Positions 46,231 to 57,536 of a stretch of 64,000 nt of DNA are shown here, in pieces. The notes under the pieces are model-generated. The model was not told the DNA's origin and made no database searches. It saw nothing but the letters and a program-made list of their open reading frames with translations. Numbering within the stretch: the stretch's first letter is position 1; each line of letters starts with the position of its first letter. The translations under genes and the position numbers were made by a program. Source of the stretch: Tetramitus jugosus (Eukaryota; Protista; Heterolobosea). The stretch spans positions 186,001 to 250,000 of the forward strand of contig OW569392.1 in assembly GCA_937625935.1 (NCBI GenBank). The letters run 5' to 3'.

Positions 46231-47841
46231 ATGAATAGCATGATCAACTGGTCATTGATCTCCCAATCATTTGATCAACTGATATCTACATTGCATGAAA
46301 ACACCATTTCCACCAACAAATTAGAAAAAAATCATCATGTGGACCAAAAAGAAGAAGATGATCAAAAAATGAGGATGATGATCATTGATGAGTCATTGGG
46401 TATTCCACCTCTTTCTCTTGTTCTCTTCACTTTGAACAACCTCAATGATGATAATGATAATGATAATGATGATGAAGCAACAACCAATGAAGAAATGATG
46501 AGTCACATGTATGCTTATTATCAACAGGCAACCAAAGGAGATTTTTCATCATCATCAACAGAGTATGAAAAACAAGAATTTCATCATCAACATGGCGGCG
46601 GCGGCAACTCAAAATTCCACTCTTTTCTCTCCAGTGTTTCCTCTTTTTTCTCCCTTCATTCTCACCACCATAACAACAACAACAACAATAATGATTATTC
46701 AATCACTCATAACAGTGATGATGATCATTATAGACAAATGATCGTGAATCAGGGAAATGAAATACACAAGAGACAATGTCAGGGAATGAATCAATCGGAA
46801 GCTCAGTTGCATTACTTGTTTCTCCTACTTGAATTTTATCACTTGTGTTGTTCAATGGTTTCTTCCCCACAAGAACAACAGAATGATAGTGATGATGATG
46901 ATAATTTATTCGTATGGTTGAAACAATGGATATCAAGTATGAGAGTGTTGTTACTCGTACAACATGAATCATCCATTCGACAATATTATCATCAATTCAC
47001 AAACACTATAACAACAACAACAACAATGAACCAATACAAAAATCACAAGACTCCAAAAAAGAAGCAACCACAACAACAACCAAAAAATAACAACAACAAC
47101 AAAAATAATAATAATCATAGTATAGCAGCTGTGTATGATGATGATGATAACCACATCAATAATCATCATAGAGAAGAACAAGAACAACAATTGATCATAA
47201 GAATGAGTGAAATTAATGACAAGTGCGATGTCATGACTCAATCCATGATTCATCAAATACACTTGTTGTATGCATCACTCAGAAACATGTCCAATCGAAT
47301 CAATCAACTAGAATCTATTGTTGTTGATACAACTACTACCACTACTGCTACTACTACTTCAATGTTGACTCATAATAATAACAATGATGATGATGATGAT
47401 GATGATTCACAATTCAAAGTGAGTGAAAATGATGAAAGAGTGATGAGTGTGATGATGGAAGCAAAAATTCAATCCATACAACAACAATTACAAGCATATG
47501 AATTGTCATTATTAACAAGAGAGAATAAGAGTGATGACAGTGAAAATAATAGTGAAAAAACGAGTAGGTTGATTCTGAACAATGTTCAAACAGCTTATCA
47601 CATACTGGAGAACAAAATGTCCATTACGAATCAAGTCATTGAACAAGAATTGTTGTTGAGAGAGGATCATTCAACAACCACAACAACAACTAGTCCTACT
47701 ACATTGGTCACTTCACCCACGACGGTGAATGAGGATTCTCCTGATACCTCTAGTAGTACTACGCAGAGTGTTGTGATGGATGCAATGGGTTTATTGAGTG
47801 TGATTCTTGCATTTGGATTCCTTGCTCTATCAAAAAAATAA
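46231..47841 (+). CDS. Tail-anchored protein with divergent acyl-CoA-binding domain and coiled coil (ACBD5/Atg37-like architecture)
   Basis: MYAYYQQATKGD and QGMNQSEAQLHYL resemble ACBP motifs LYGLYKQATxGD and GMSKEEAMxxY; coiled-coil segments; C-terminal TM MGLLSVILAFGFLAL-SKK*. Confidence 0.6.
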   Translation: MNSMINWSLISQSFDQLISTLHENTISTNKLEKNHHVDQKEEDDQKMRMMIIDESLGIPPLSLVLFTLNNLNDDNDNDNDDEATTNEEMMSHMYAYYQQATKGDFSSSSTEYEKQEFHHQHGGGGNSKFHSFLSSVSSFFSLHSHHHNNNNNNNDYSITHNSDDDHYRQMIVNQGNEIHKRQCQGMNQSEAQLHYLFLLLEFYHLCCSMVSSPQEQQNDSDDDDNLFVWLKQWISSMRVLLLVQHESSIRQYYHQFTNTITTTTTMNQYKNHKTPKKKQPQQQPKNNNNNKNNNNHSIAAVYDDDDNHINNHHREEQEQQLIIRMSEINDKCDVMTQSMIHQIHLLYASLRNMSNRINQLESIVVDTTTTTTATTTSMLTHNNNNDDDDDDDSQFKVSENDERVMSVMMEAKIQSIQQQLQAYELSLLTRENKSDDSENNSEKTSRLILNNVQTAYHILENKMSITNQVIEQELLLREDHSTTTTTTSPTTLVTSPTTVNEDSPDTSSSTTQSVVMDAMGLLSVILAFGFLALSKK

Positions 47842-48143
47842 ACTTGAAAATGATTGGATCAGGTCAATCAACAACATCCATTGATTATTGTAGATTGTAG
47901 ATTTCCGGAACATCTGATTTCTTGGAGTGCCGACATTGACACACACGAGATTTATTTTTACTCGTGTGACTGTTCGATGAACGCCCGTCACAGATGATTG
48001 ACATGCAGCAAAATTGACGTAGCATGTGAATCTCACGTGGTACTCTCAATGCTCAGCGAACATAAAAACACAAGTTGCCAACAACCAGAAAACAACAAAA
48101 CACAACTTGTAACCCAAACAACACACACATATAAATATAAAAC

Positions 48144-48641
48144 ATGCCATTGACACCAGTTCTCGAACTAAAGGAAGACAAAAAATGGATTGTCGAATAC
48201 CAAAAGAATGTACAAGACTTGGTCATTGACTCTGCTCAAACCAAGCACGCCGTTGCACTCTACAAGTGTGACAATGTTGTCTTGACCATCAAGAACAAGG
48301 TCAACAGCATCTTTATTGACAATTGTACCAACACTGCAGTGATTTTTGACTCTGCCATCTCCAGCGTCGAAGTCGTCAACAGCAAAAAGACTCAAATTCA
48401 AGTCAATCAATCCGTTCCGACAATGTCTGTGGACAAGTGCGCCGGTGTCAACATTTTCCTGAGCAAGGACAGTTTGGACACTGCTATTGTCACTAGTTTG
48501 TCCAGTGAGATGAATGTCTATGTGCCAAACAGTGAGGATGACTCTGTTGAATTGCCAATCCCTGATCAATTCACTACCATCTATGACAAGAACTTGAAAA
48601 AGTTGGTGACTACTGAAGGAACTAATGTCGTTGGTATTTAA
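48144..48641 (+). CDS. Stand-alone C-terminal (CARP beta-helix) domain of cyclase-associated protein (C-CAP)
   Basis: KKWIVEYQ, KVNSIFIDNC, VEVVNSKK.QIQV..VPTMSVDK, SLSSEMNV, ELPIPDQF; ATG preceded by a typical CA-rich leader. Confidence 0.9.
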   Translation: MPLTPVLELKEDKKWIVEYQKNVQDLVIDSAQTKHAVALYKCDNVVLTIKNKVNSIFIDNCTNTAVIFDSAISSVEVVNSKKTQIQVNQSVPTMSVDKCAGVNIFLSKDSLDTAIVTSLSSEMNVYVPNSEDDSVELPIPDQFTTIYDKNLKKLVTTEGTNVVGI

Positions 48642-49062
48642 ATACAAAAAGTTTGATTTTATATAAACAAACTGGACACCCCTTTTGATTTGTGATCCGA
48701 ACGAAACATTTTATTGTATTTACATTATTCGGCCAATCAGATTCCTGCCCACAAGCCTCGAGAGGGTTTGTTAGTCTTCCCTCTAATGGAATTTTTTCTC
48801 TGGGATTGAAATTTATTCTCAGCCCGAACAATCTGACTTGACCCACTCTCTCCACGCTGGTTTCTAGCATATTCCAAGTGATCGTTTTCAGGAATGTTGG
48901 ATCGAATGTAACAACCGTTTCATTGTCCTTGTTCAAGAGATGATACACCTCATGCTTTTCTCCAGTAAGAGTCTCTAGTTCCCATTGCACTAAAGAAGAG
49001 GGCCACTGCTTGAATGCCATTTCTATTGCTATCGCATGAGACAAGTGCGCTGCTACACTAGA
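48622..49062 (-). pseudogene. ORF remnant without its own start, apparently interrupted at the direct repeat
   Basis: The frame reads SSVAAH-LSHAIAIEMAFKQWP... from repeat copy 1 and is closed by TAA five codons into the insert. Confidence 0.4.
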
Positions 49063-49451
49063 TATAAAAGTCTTTTATTGAGGAATACGGTGCTGTGCCT
49101 TGACGGCTAATGAGTGCGATAGAGTCCCACTCTGTATCATCTCATGATTTGGTTTGTGGTTATGGTCCCTTTAGTGGTAGTGTTGTATGCATCTTTTGTA
49201 GGCGGCGGTGTAAATGAACCTAGCATTGATTGGAGATTTTGTCTAGCGTATGAGTGATGAGCGCATTGGTGCCTTTTGTTGATAGGGCCTCCTTGACACT
49301 TACATGTAGAGTGTCTCTGAGTTTTGTGATAGTACTGTGGTAATAGATTCCTCTCCAGTCAATAATCACTGAGTCGTTTGGTGGTAGTTCTTCTTCAGTC
49401 CAGTCCAACGTTAGATCGACATCTAAGTTCTCGGTGCGCTGCTACACTAGA
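49045..49451. repeat. Exact 18-bp direct repeat GTGCGCTGCTACACTAGA (49045-49062 and 49434-49451) flanking a 371-nt segment
   Basis: Both copies read directly from the sequence. Confidence 0.9.
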
Positions 49452-49549
49452 ATTATTTTGCCGAAAGTACTTTACAAGAGACGGTGGATGAGAGAATGCA
49501 TAAATAGGTAAACAAATATCTGCCCTCTTGATGTGCACAAAACAAAGCC

Positions 49550-50578
49550 ATGAGTCTCTCAATCTCCCGCCCATTTATTCCTAAACACTTCCTGGACCCT
49601 TTAGACATCGACCTAAAATTCGGCATAGACCTGGACCAAGACACAATCACTGACTTTGCAATCCTGGTCATTAAAATGGCAGAGGCCTTCAAATGGGATT
49701 ATCCTGACAAAGTTGATTTTAATGACGAGAGCCATGAAAAATTTGACACTCAGTTCTCCTACCACTATGGCTTTACAGAGATGAATCCTTCTCTATTAAC
49801 GAAGGCTCGCTTTGAACAAATGGGCCCACTAAGCAATGAGGTGGTTATCATCTACATAATTCCTAACCAAGACAATCGTGGGGGTGTATGGCTTAGAGAG
49901 ACTCAGAACGATGAAGGAGTGTTTTTCTCATTGATATGTGTTCTTGATGTGGAGGACCATATTTCTGTTGGTCGACTATCAAGCAGAAGCTCTGCCAAAC
50001 TCATTCAAAATTTGAAAGATAGTGGTCTCAATGTTCCAAGTATTGAGACTCTTCAGAAGAAGAGCTACACAACTCATAAACTCAAGTTTCAGAGCGCTGA
50101 TGGAGAGGTAAAGTGTCAATTTTGTGTCTCAGATATGGGAGAAGGCAATTATTATCAACATGCCAGCTTCAAATTTGATTCCCAAAAGATTAGCCCTGAC
50201 CTCTCCAGTGAGAAAGCCAAGAAACTAAAGGAAATGTTGAATCTTCGACAAGGAAGAAGTAGTGTTCTTGAGTGCTTTCGGCTTTACTTCCCAGCAGAAT
50301 ATAACCAGATTACGAAATTGGACTATGAAGGAGATCTATTGGACTGTTACAGTAAGTTCAATTACTTTGCACAAGAAGAAGCAGAAAGTGAATGTTCTGA
50401 ACCAAAAAAGATCGAAGAGGAAGAAGAAGAAGAAGAAGAGGAAGAGGAAGAAGAGCAAGAAGAAGAAGAAGAAGACGAAGGTTATTCCCCCTATGACGTG
50501 TTTTATCCACCAAAAACTGATTGGAAGCTTTTAAAAAGTATTCCCGAGATGGAGAGAAGCCTGATGAACAGCGAGTAA
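49550..50578 (+). CDS. Hypothetical protein, 342 aa, poly-E tract near the C-terminus
   Basis: Long ATG-initiated ORF with globular composition; AATAAA overlaps the stop; no family recognised. Confidence 0.7.
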   Translation: MSLSISRPFIPKHFLDPLDIDLKFGIDLDQDTITDFAILVIKMAEAFKWDYPDKVDFNDESHEKFDTQFSYHYGFTEMNPSLLTKARFEQMGPLSNEVVIIYIIPNQDNRGGVWLRETQNDEGVFFSLICVLDVEDHISVGRLSSRSSAKLIQNLKDSGLNVPSIETLQKKSYTTHKLKFQSADGEVKCQFCVSDMGEGNYYQHASFKFDSQKISPDLSSEKAKKLKEMLNLRQGRSSVLECFRLYFPAEYNQITKLDYEGDLLDCYSKFNYFAQEEAESECSEPKKIEEEEEEEEEEEEEEQEEEEEDEGYSPYDVFYPPKTDWKLLKSIPEMERSLMNSE

Positions 50579-50900
50579 ATAAACAACTGGCCCTCCTTAG
50601 ACCAACTTTATCGGAAGAATCTTAACACAAAGGCTGAGCAAAAGAAATGCTAAGAGTACCATTTAAGGGGGATACCTTAAGCAAAAGCGAATTTGATTCT
50701 TGGCGATGGAAGTCGATGGTATGCAATTTGCAGCTGTTGTGTTCGTGCATTGACCACTTACTAATGATCCTACAATTCAATACCACAAGGAACAGGGTCT
50801 TTCGATGTTGCGTCGACTGTTTATTACAATAAAATTTCTTCCTTGCAAAATATTTACAATGATGTTCGCAAGAGAAGGTCCTTCGCCTGCCGTGGTGTGA

Positions 50901-51386
50901 TTAGAACACAGGGCATTGAGTGCCGACTGGTCTCAAGTTTCCACCTTGGCCTGGAGCACCTGGGCAACATTGGAAGAGTTGAGATGAGTAGCAAGCACCG
51001 TTGCAAGACAATGGAGCAGAAACAGGGCAGAGTTGACGAGCTGGAGCTCCAGAAGATGGTTGATTGTTGACTGCACAAGTATGGATGGCAGTATCGTAGC
51101 ATGCCTTGTTGCAGCATCGAAGACCAGCAGGACACAAGCATGCATCACCAACTGACAAGTCAGTGATACAGTTGTATTGAGTGCTGCTGTAGCACTGCTC
51201 TTGAGTTGGAGTTGGAACTCCATTCACTGGAGGAGGAGTCCATCTGCAACACAATGGAGTGTTTGGTTGAGCAGCGCAGAGTGCAACCTTCTGTTGGCAA
51301 GTACCTACACCTGTTCCTTGAACACTCAATGTGCCCAAAATTAGGCAAAGGAAAAAACAACTGGCAATGATGTTGAAGACCTTCAT
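50901..51386 (-). CDS. Small secreted Cys-rich protein with CBM52-like (Carb_bind) repeats
   Basis: Signal peptide MKVFNIIASCFFLCLILGTLSVQG; three CY-x4-[YHF]-x-C units (QCYSSTQYNC, ACYDTAIHTC, LCP..LSCNGACYSSQLFQC). Confidence 0.75.
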   Translation of the reverse strand: MKVFNIIASCFFLCLILGTLSVQGTGVGTCQQKVALCAAQPNTPLCCRWTPPPVNGVPTPTQEQCYSSTQYNCITDLSVGDACLCPAGLRCCNKACYDTAIHTCAVNNQPSSGAPARQLCPVSAPLSCNGACYSSQLFQCCPGAPGQGGNLRPVGTQCPVF

Positions 51387-51691
51387 TTCAATGGTATTAG
51401 AGGATGATTCAGATTAGTTTGGTTTGTTTAGGTTGGTTGTATTGCTTTGAATTGATCCAACGCAATTCTTGCCTTTTATCTTTCCAATTCTGGATGGAAT
51501 TAGCTTATCTGGATGGAATTAGATTCCATTATACAATGGATGGTCAATATTTTTCTTTTCTACAGGTTGTATTTGTGCAGTTCTCGTTCTTAAGAAGATT
51601 ACAAATACGACATCGAGCGGAACTCAGTTTTTCCGCTCAAAAAACAGATGCCTCCACTTCAACTCTTGGTCATTTCGTTGGCCAAACTATT

Positions 51692-52316
51692 TTATTGGTT
51701 GTAACAGAACAGATCTTCTTGGTCAACAATTCTGTGGAATAGATTGTTCATCTTCATTCGTTGCTTGAAATCTTCGAAATCCTTGGATAGAACTTTGTTT
51801 CTTTCCTCAAGAATTCTTGGACACAAGGGTTGATAGTTCAGCTGAGCAACTAGTTCTTGCAGAGAATCCACATTGGGGTTGAATTGAATATACGATCTCC
51901 GAATTCTAGAACAGAATAGATCTCCAAAGTCTTTTCTGAAGGTAAGGTTGCTGGGTTTATCCTTCGAACAACTCTCCTTCCTGTTCATTCATTGAGTCGC
52001 GAAAGAGTACTCGATTTGTCGAGTTTTCCATACTCTTCTTCTCTTCGATTCCGAGATACAGCCTCGACTTGTTTGTTCATAAGCACATTTTTGTGGCAAA
52101 TCAATCATTAAGGGTTCAGAGTTACTATTGAACAACATTTCCCACTTTTTCTCTTGAAACGAAGCCAAATTCATCCTCTGCTGATTCACAACACATTGAC
52201 AACAGCCCGATCTCTGCGATCCACATTTTGTTCTTATCAATTCTTCGTGTTTTTAAGGTCACTATCAAACTCCCTCCGGACGAAAAGACCGTGGTCAGGA
52301 GGTCAAAACTGATCAC
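51692..52316 (-). pseudogene. Decayed unknown gene; two same-frame ORFs separated by one TGA, plus an upstream shifted ORF
   Basis: 52240-51989 and 51988-51692 abut in frame (FATQ*MNRK); the downstream ORF ends in AA-TAA-A. Confidence 0.4.
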
Positions 52317-52717
52317 AACCTATGCCCTATGCCGTACAAAAACTATTTAGAGAATGTATAATCTAGTTTATCGCACAATATGTATGAAAATCAAACACCA
52401 GAATAAAACAATCGGTTATTTTATTAAGATAAATGGATTTTCTAAATCCGTCTCTTAAGTTAATTTAATTCTTTCGAGATGTTAAAGAAGTATTAACAAA
52501 GAGGTTCGTATATTGTCATATCCGTCACTAGCCCTTTTGTTAAAACTAGTTTCATGTGTTTGCTCTTGCTCAGTCAAATCCAACTTCGCTGGCTTAGCAA
52601 GACCAGCACTGAAACGTACTGTTGCTCTCAATATTTGGTACATCGATTTCGATTTCTATCCAAGCACTGCAGCGAGGTTGTGCGCAAAAGAAGAGGGTTT
52701 GGCATGCACGAGGATGT

Positions 52718-55700
52718 TTATTTGGGTTTGGTACGACCAAAGAGCGAGCGGAAGGGTTTTCGTAGACTGGTAGCTATGCTAATGGTGTTGCTTCGCTTCT
52801 TTGTAGTTTCTTTCTGGCTATCATCCGACTCGGTTGCTGTTGTTGATCCATCATCGTCATCTGAACTCGTTGTGCTGAGTCCGGAGAGAGTGACATGTTG
52901 CTTTTGGGGCAGTGTGTTGTCAATGTTCTCCTCTGAATCTCTCCTGTGCTTTGAGAGATGAATCAAATGAACGAGGGACATTGGTTTTGGTGAACTGGAC
53001 ATGTTTGTGTCAATTGCGCTACTGTGCGTCATCATATCTTCCATTTGATGTTCATAGTTCTTCGAGTTGCGAAGTAAGGAGGCAGCGTTTCCCTCCTCTT
53101 CATCCACATCCAACAATCGACTGATGCCAGCACCGAGACTTGCATTGATTCTCATGTGTCTCTGTCGAGCCCTCATGAGTTGATGACCAATGGTTCCCTC
53201 TGTCATATCACGTCCCACATTGGTCAACAATGATGAATTTCTTCTCGTGGGAGAATCCATTCCGTTCGGGCTCGTGACACTGCTGCTGCTGTTGGTGAGT
53301 GACGATGACAATGAAGAAGATGGTGCTGCAGTGGGTGAAGATGGTCTGTCCGGAGATGGTAGTCCCTGCATGATCTGCGATGCTTCTTCTTCAATCTTGA
53401 GAGCAATGTCCATCTCTCGCTGCAGTTTCTGTTTCTGTTGAGCCATCTTCTCCAGTTCTTTCTGCTTGCGTAGCTCTTGCTTAATCTTGTCCTTTTCTGC
53501 CGCTTCCTTTGCCTCTGTAAGCTCCTTGGCATACTGATTCATACGATCGAGCACTTGTTTCACCACTTTGAAAAACTCGTGCGGCTTTGTCAGCATGTCA
53601 CTCTCCTTCTCTTCGAATGCAGCAGATGCCTTCTTCATTGCTTCTTCAAAGTGCTTGAGGGCTTCATTGACATCGGATAGGTCATCCTTGGCCTCGGATT
53701 GGAACTTGGTCAACATTTTCAAGAACTTTTCACTGAATGGGTCGCTGTGACTCTTGGCCTTCTTGATTTCGTTCAGTTCGGATGTGATGACTGACATGCC
53801 CTCGGTCAACTTGCTCAAATCGTTCTTCAACTCTGAAATTTCAATAATACTGGCATTCTTGAGTGAATTGAGCTCTGCATGAGTATCGGTGAGCATTGTA
53901 GCGTACTTGGCATGATCACAACAAAAACTGGTAATGGTCTTTAGAAGATTGCCAGGAGGTTGATCTTCTCCCTCTGTTCTCACATCTTCCAACTTTGTCA
54001 AGAAAAGCAGCTTGAAACCGTAGACCTGTGATGCCTTTGGATTCAAAAAGTTGATCACATCGAGAATAATGGCCAACAGTTTGTGGAACGTCTTGGACTC
54101 CATCATTTGCTCCGCAGCGGTCCACAGACACTCCACATTGACTCTCATGGGTGCAATCAACTCTTCATAGTCGAGCATGAAGCTCCAACAAGCAAACTTT
54201 TGCTTCAATCTTGGAATGTCGCCCAGGACATGGAACATGTGATCTCCTGGGTCCAACAACGATGTTCCATTGGCCTTGGAGTACTCCATCATCTCAGTCA
54301 TCTTGTCATCTGTTGGACACAGGTTCTTCATTGTGTGAATAATTTGTTTGGCTACAACATTGTAGTTCATGTCGATGATTGCCTTTCGGAACGTAGGTGG
54401 ATCAATCTTCATGTACCCTCGCAACAAACTGATTTGACGATTCTGGTTGGCGTCCAAGAAGCTCACTTTTTGTTCGACAACCTTCTCTGGCTCAGCCTTC
54501 TTCTTCTTCTCTGCCTTTGTGTACTGACGTTCAATCTCATCCCAATTGATATCCTTTGCCACGTCGAGAACATACTTTTTCACAATGTCGAACCATAGGG
54601 TCTTTGAAATCTTTGGATTATTAATCTTGAAATCGTTGACAAACACTTTCTTTGTGAGTCCCTTTGGTCTCACAGTTGGTAGTTTGGGCAATTGTGGTCC
54701 CATACCCATCATTGGAGGCGGTGGTGGTCCGCCTGGTCCTCCACCCATCATTGGTGGTGGAGGAGGTCCTCCGCCAATCATGGGCGGTGGTGGTGGAGGT
54801 GGTGGTCCTCCGCCAATCATTGGTGGAAGAGGTGGTGGAGGTGGTGGTCCACCCATCATTGGTGGTGGAGGTGGAGGAGGAGCAGCCACACCTGCACCTA
54901 CATCTGGTAAACCAACACCCATACTGCCAGCACCATTAAAGTACTCCAACAGTGTTCGAATCAAATCCTTTTGCTTCAAGTCATCATCGATTGTCTCAGT
55001 TGATGGCTTGCGTTCAATCTTTTCTCGCAATAGGGCAATTGCTTTGTTTCTCTCCCGTTCCAACTCCTTAATCTTCTTGTATTGTATCTCGACTGTGTTT
55101 TGCAGTTTGAGCTCGGTTGGTGACGCGTGGTTCACATCGAGTGTTTGAGTGTTGGAATTGAGACTAATCGCTTGAAAGATCATATCTTCCATGGCTGTCC
55201 AATCCTGTGTCAATGTACTATCGCTGTGCTTCATCGATACGAGCATCATGTAACGAATCGTGTTCGTGAAGCTGCTGTTGGCAGTTGGCAAACCACTGAC
55301 TCTGTTACGAATAAAGTTTGTCATCTCCAATGGATCTTCAAGCATACTAAACATTTGATACTCTTCATCATAGTTGGAATCTCTGTGATGAGTTGGAGCA
55401 GTTTGCTGTTGTTGATCCATGTTATCACTGGGCACAACAGCATTGTTTGGACTCGTGACTGAATCCGTACTGAATGGAGAAGTAATGGAAGAGCTGCCCA
55501 GTGATGATTCAGAAAAGAGATCTCTGCCAGCGCTCTTGCTCTCTGATGCCGTATTCACACCTTGAACAATCAATTTGAACAAGTCTAGTTCTTCTCTCTC
55601 GAAATCCAAATACATTTGTACTTGCTTCTGCAGTTTAGGATAGGGAGAACTGAGCAAGACGGCATTCAAGTGCTGAGTGACACCCATCATACCAAACTCC

Positions 55701-57504
55701 TTGTACAAGTGATTACGCTGAGTTGCATCATTGGGTGCATAGTACAACGCATTCATGAACATGAGTGCATGAGTCACGTACTCGAGTCCCAACGGCTCCG
55801 TCACATCTGCCCTCAAGAATGACTTGACGAGCGAACTGAAGCGCGATACTTCCCTCTTCATGAGCTTGTAGTGATTCATTGCTTCCAATACGACACAATA
55901 AATCTCTTCACTCGCATAGCACAACACTGACAACAGATACAACAGATGAATACGGATACCAATCTGTTTCTTCCAATAGAGACAAGTTGCCTTGAGTGCA
56001 CTACTCATCTTGAAATTCAAATTGTTGCCACCGAGCATCGTGTTACCAACAATGACTCTTGAACCACCACCACCCATACTAGTATTCTCATCAGGATGAT
56101 GATCCATACTGTTGGTGCTGCTTGTACTGCTTGTGCTGCTCGAATTTTCATTGTTACTGCTACCACCACCACCACTAAAGATACTGGACACAATATTCTT
56201 CTTATTGTGATGATGATTTCTTCGCTTCGACAGCTTTTGGCTGTGTTTCAATGACTCATTCCTCTTCATTGTTTCATAATGATTCGTGCACTGAATCAAT
56301 TCATCAAAGTCCAAACTGATGCACAACGTGTTGATCACCTCTGGATTATGAATCACTGCTTCTAATCCCTCACCCGTATCCAACAAGCTCGATATACAGA
56401 GAACGACTTGTTGTTGAATATCGACATCCATCATGAGTGCAGTCATTTGAACAGATTGATTCTTGGAGTGAACAAACCGTATCACATGAATCAACAAGCT
56501 ACTCAACAGCCCAAGTCCTCCAATCTGAATAAACGACAGCACATAGAACACATCACACGTGCGCAAACAATCCGTTAATGATCTCAATCGATCCAAGTAC
56601 TTTTTCTTTCGTCGATTATCATCTTCAGAGTTACTTGTTTGATAGTGGTGCAACACAATGTTCAACACATCGATAAAATAGGGCACACTGTTGAGTTGAT
56701 GCCTCGATTTCTTGGATTTTCTTGTTTTGCCCGGTGTGGTCAACACTGCCGGTGTAAACAAAATGTCTTGTGCATCCACATTGCTATTATTGTTATTCGA
56801 CTCAACAACCATGGTGGACGTTGAAGATTCATCATCTTGGTTCTGATGATGTTCATCTATTGATTCATTCATTGCACTTGTGGTTGTACAAGTGACTGGA
56901 ACTGCACTTGTTGAAGATTCAGATGTTTCAGATGATTCAACAATTGTTGTTGTTGATGATGATGATGATGATGATGATGGTAGAGGTAGAGATGATGATT
57001 GTTGATCTCTTGATTTGGGACTAATGGGAGGTGTCAGCAGTGACGATGATGAAGATGATGCATTGTTGTTAGCAATTGCAGTAGTCGTAGGTGACTTGTT
57101 TGTACTGTTATTATTATTATTATTCATTGAATTGGACATGGACACTACAAGCATCGATGCACTCATTGTACTATTATTATTATTATTACTACTATTCGTA
57201 CTTGTATTAGTAGTAGTCGTATTAGTAGTAGTCGCATTATTATTATTGTTGTTGGGCAATACACCATGGACTTGTGACGTTCTCATTTGCAACAATAAAA
57301 TCTTTTGTTTGCGAGAGTATTTGGCCAACTCGAGTGATACATTGTTCTGAGAGACACCTCTGGATTGCAACAATCGATCAAATAGTGAATCCAATTCAGA
57401 GTCCGTCAATGTATCATAGGAACTCTGTATCATGTTTGCATTTCGATTATGGAAATTAAATTGACCACCACCACCAGAGCTTCTAGGTGATGGTGATTGA
57501 ACAT

Positions 57505-57536
<32 letters not shown>

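Noticed and set aside
48168-48647. 159-aa antisense ORF over C-CAP (similar shadows over GlyRS, ACH1 and formin)
   Set aside because: Codon-bias shadow frames of conserved genes, with no motifs of their own.
49045-49451. Direct repeats as CRISPR, Helitron 3' end (CTAG) or intron ends
   Set aside because: Only two copies 389 nt apart in a eukaryote; CTAG is followed by A with no strong subterminal hairpin; no GT-AG register gives exact excision.
51086-51100. TGGCAGTATCGTAGC matches 15 nt near the 5' end of vertebrate U4 snRNA as I recall it
   Set aside because: It is antisense to the CYDTAI codons of the Cys-rich CDS, and the flanks and Sm site of U4 are absent; chance match.
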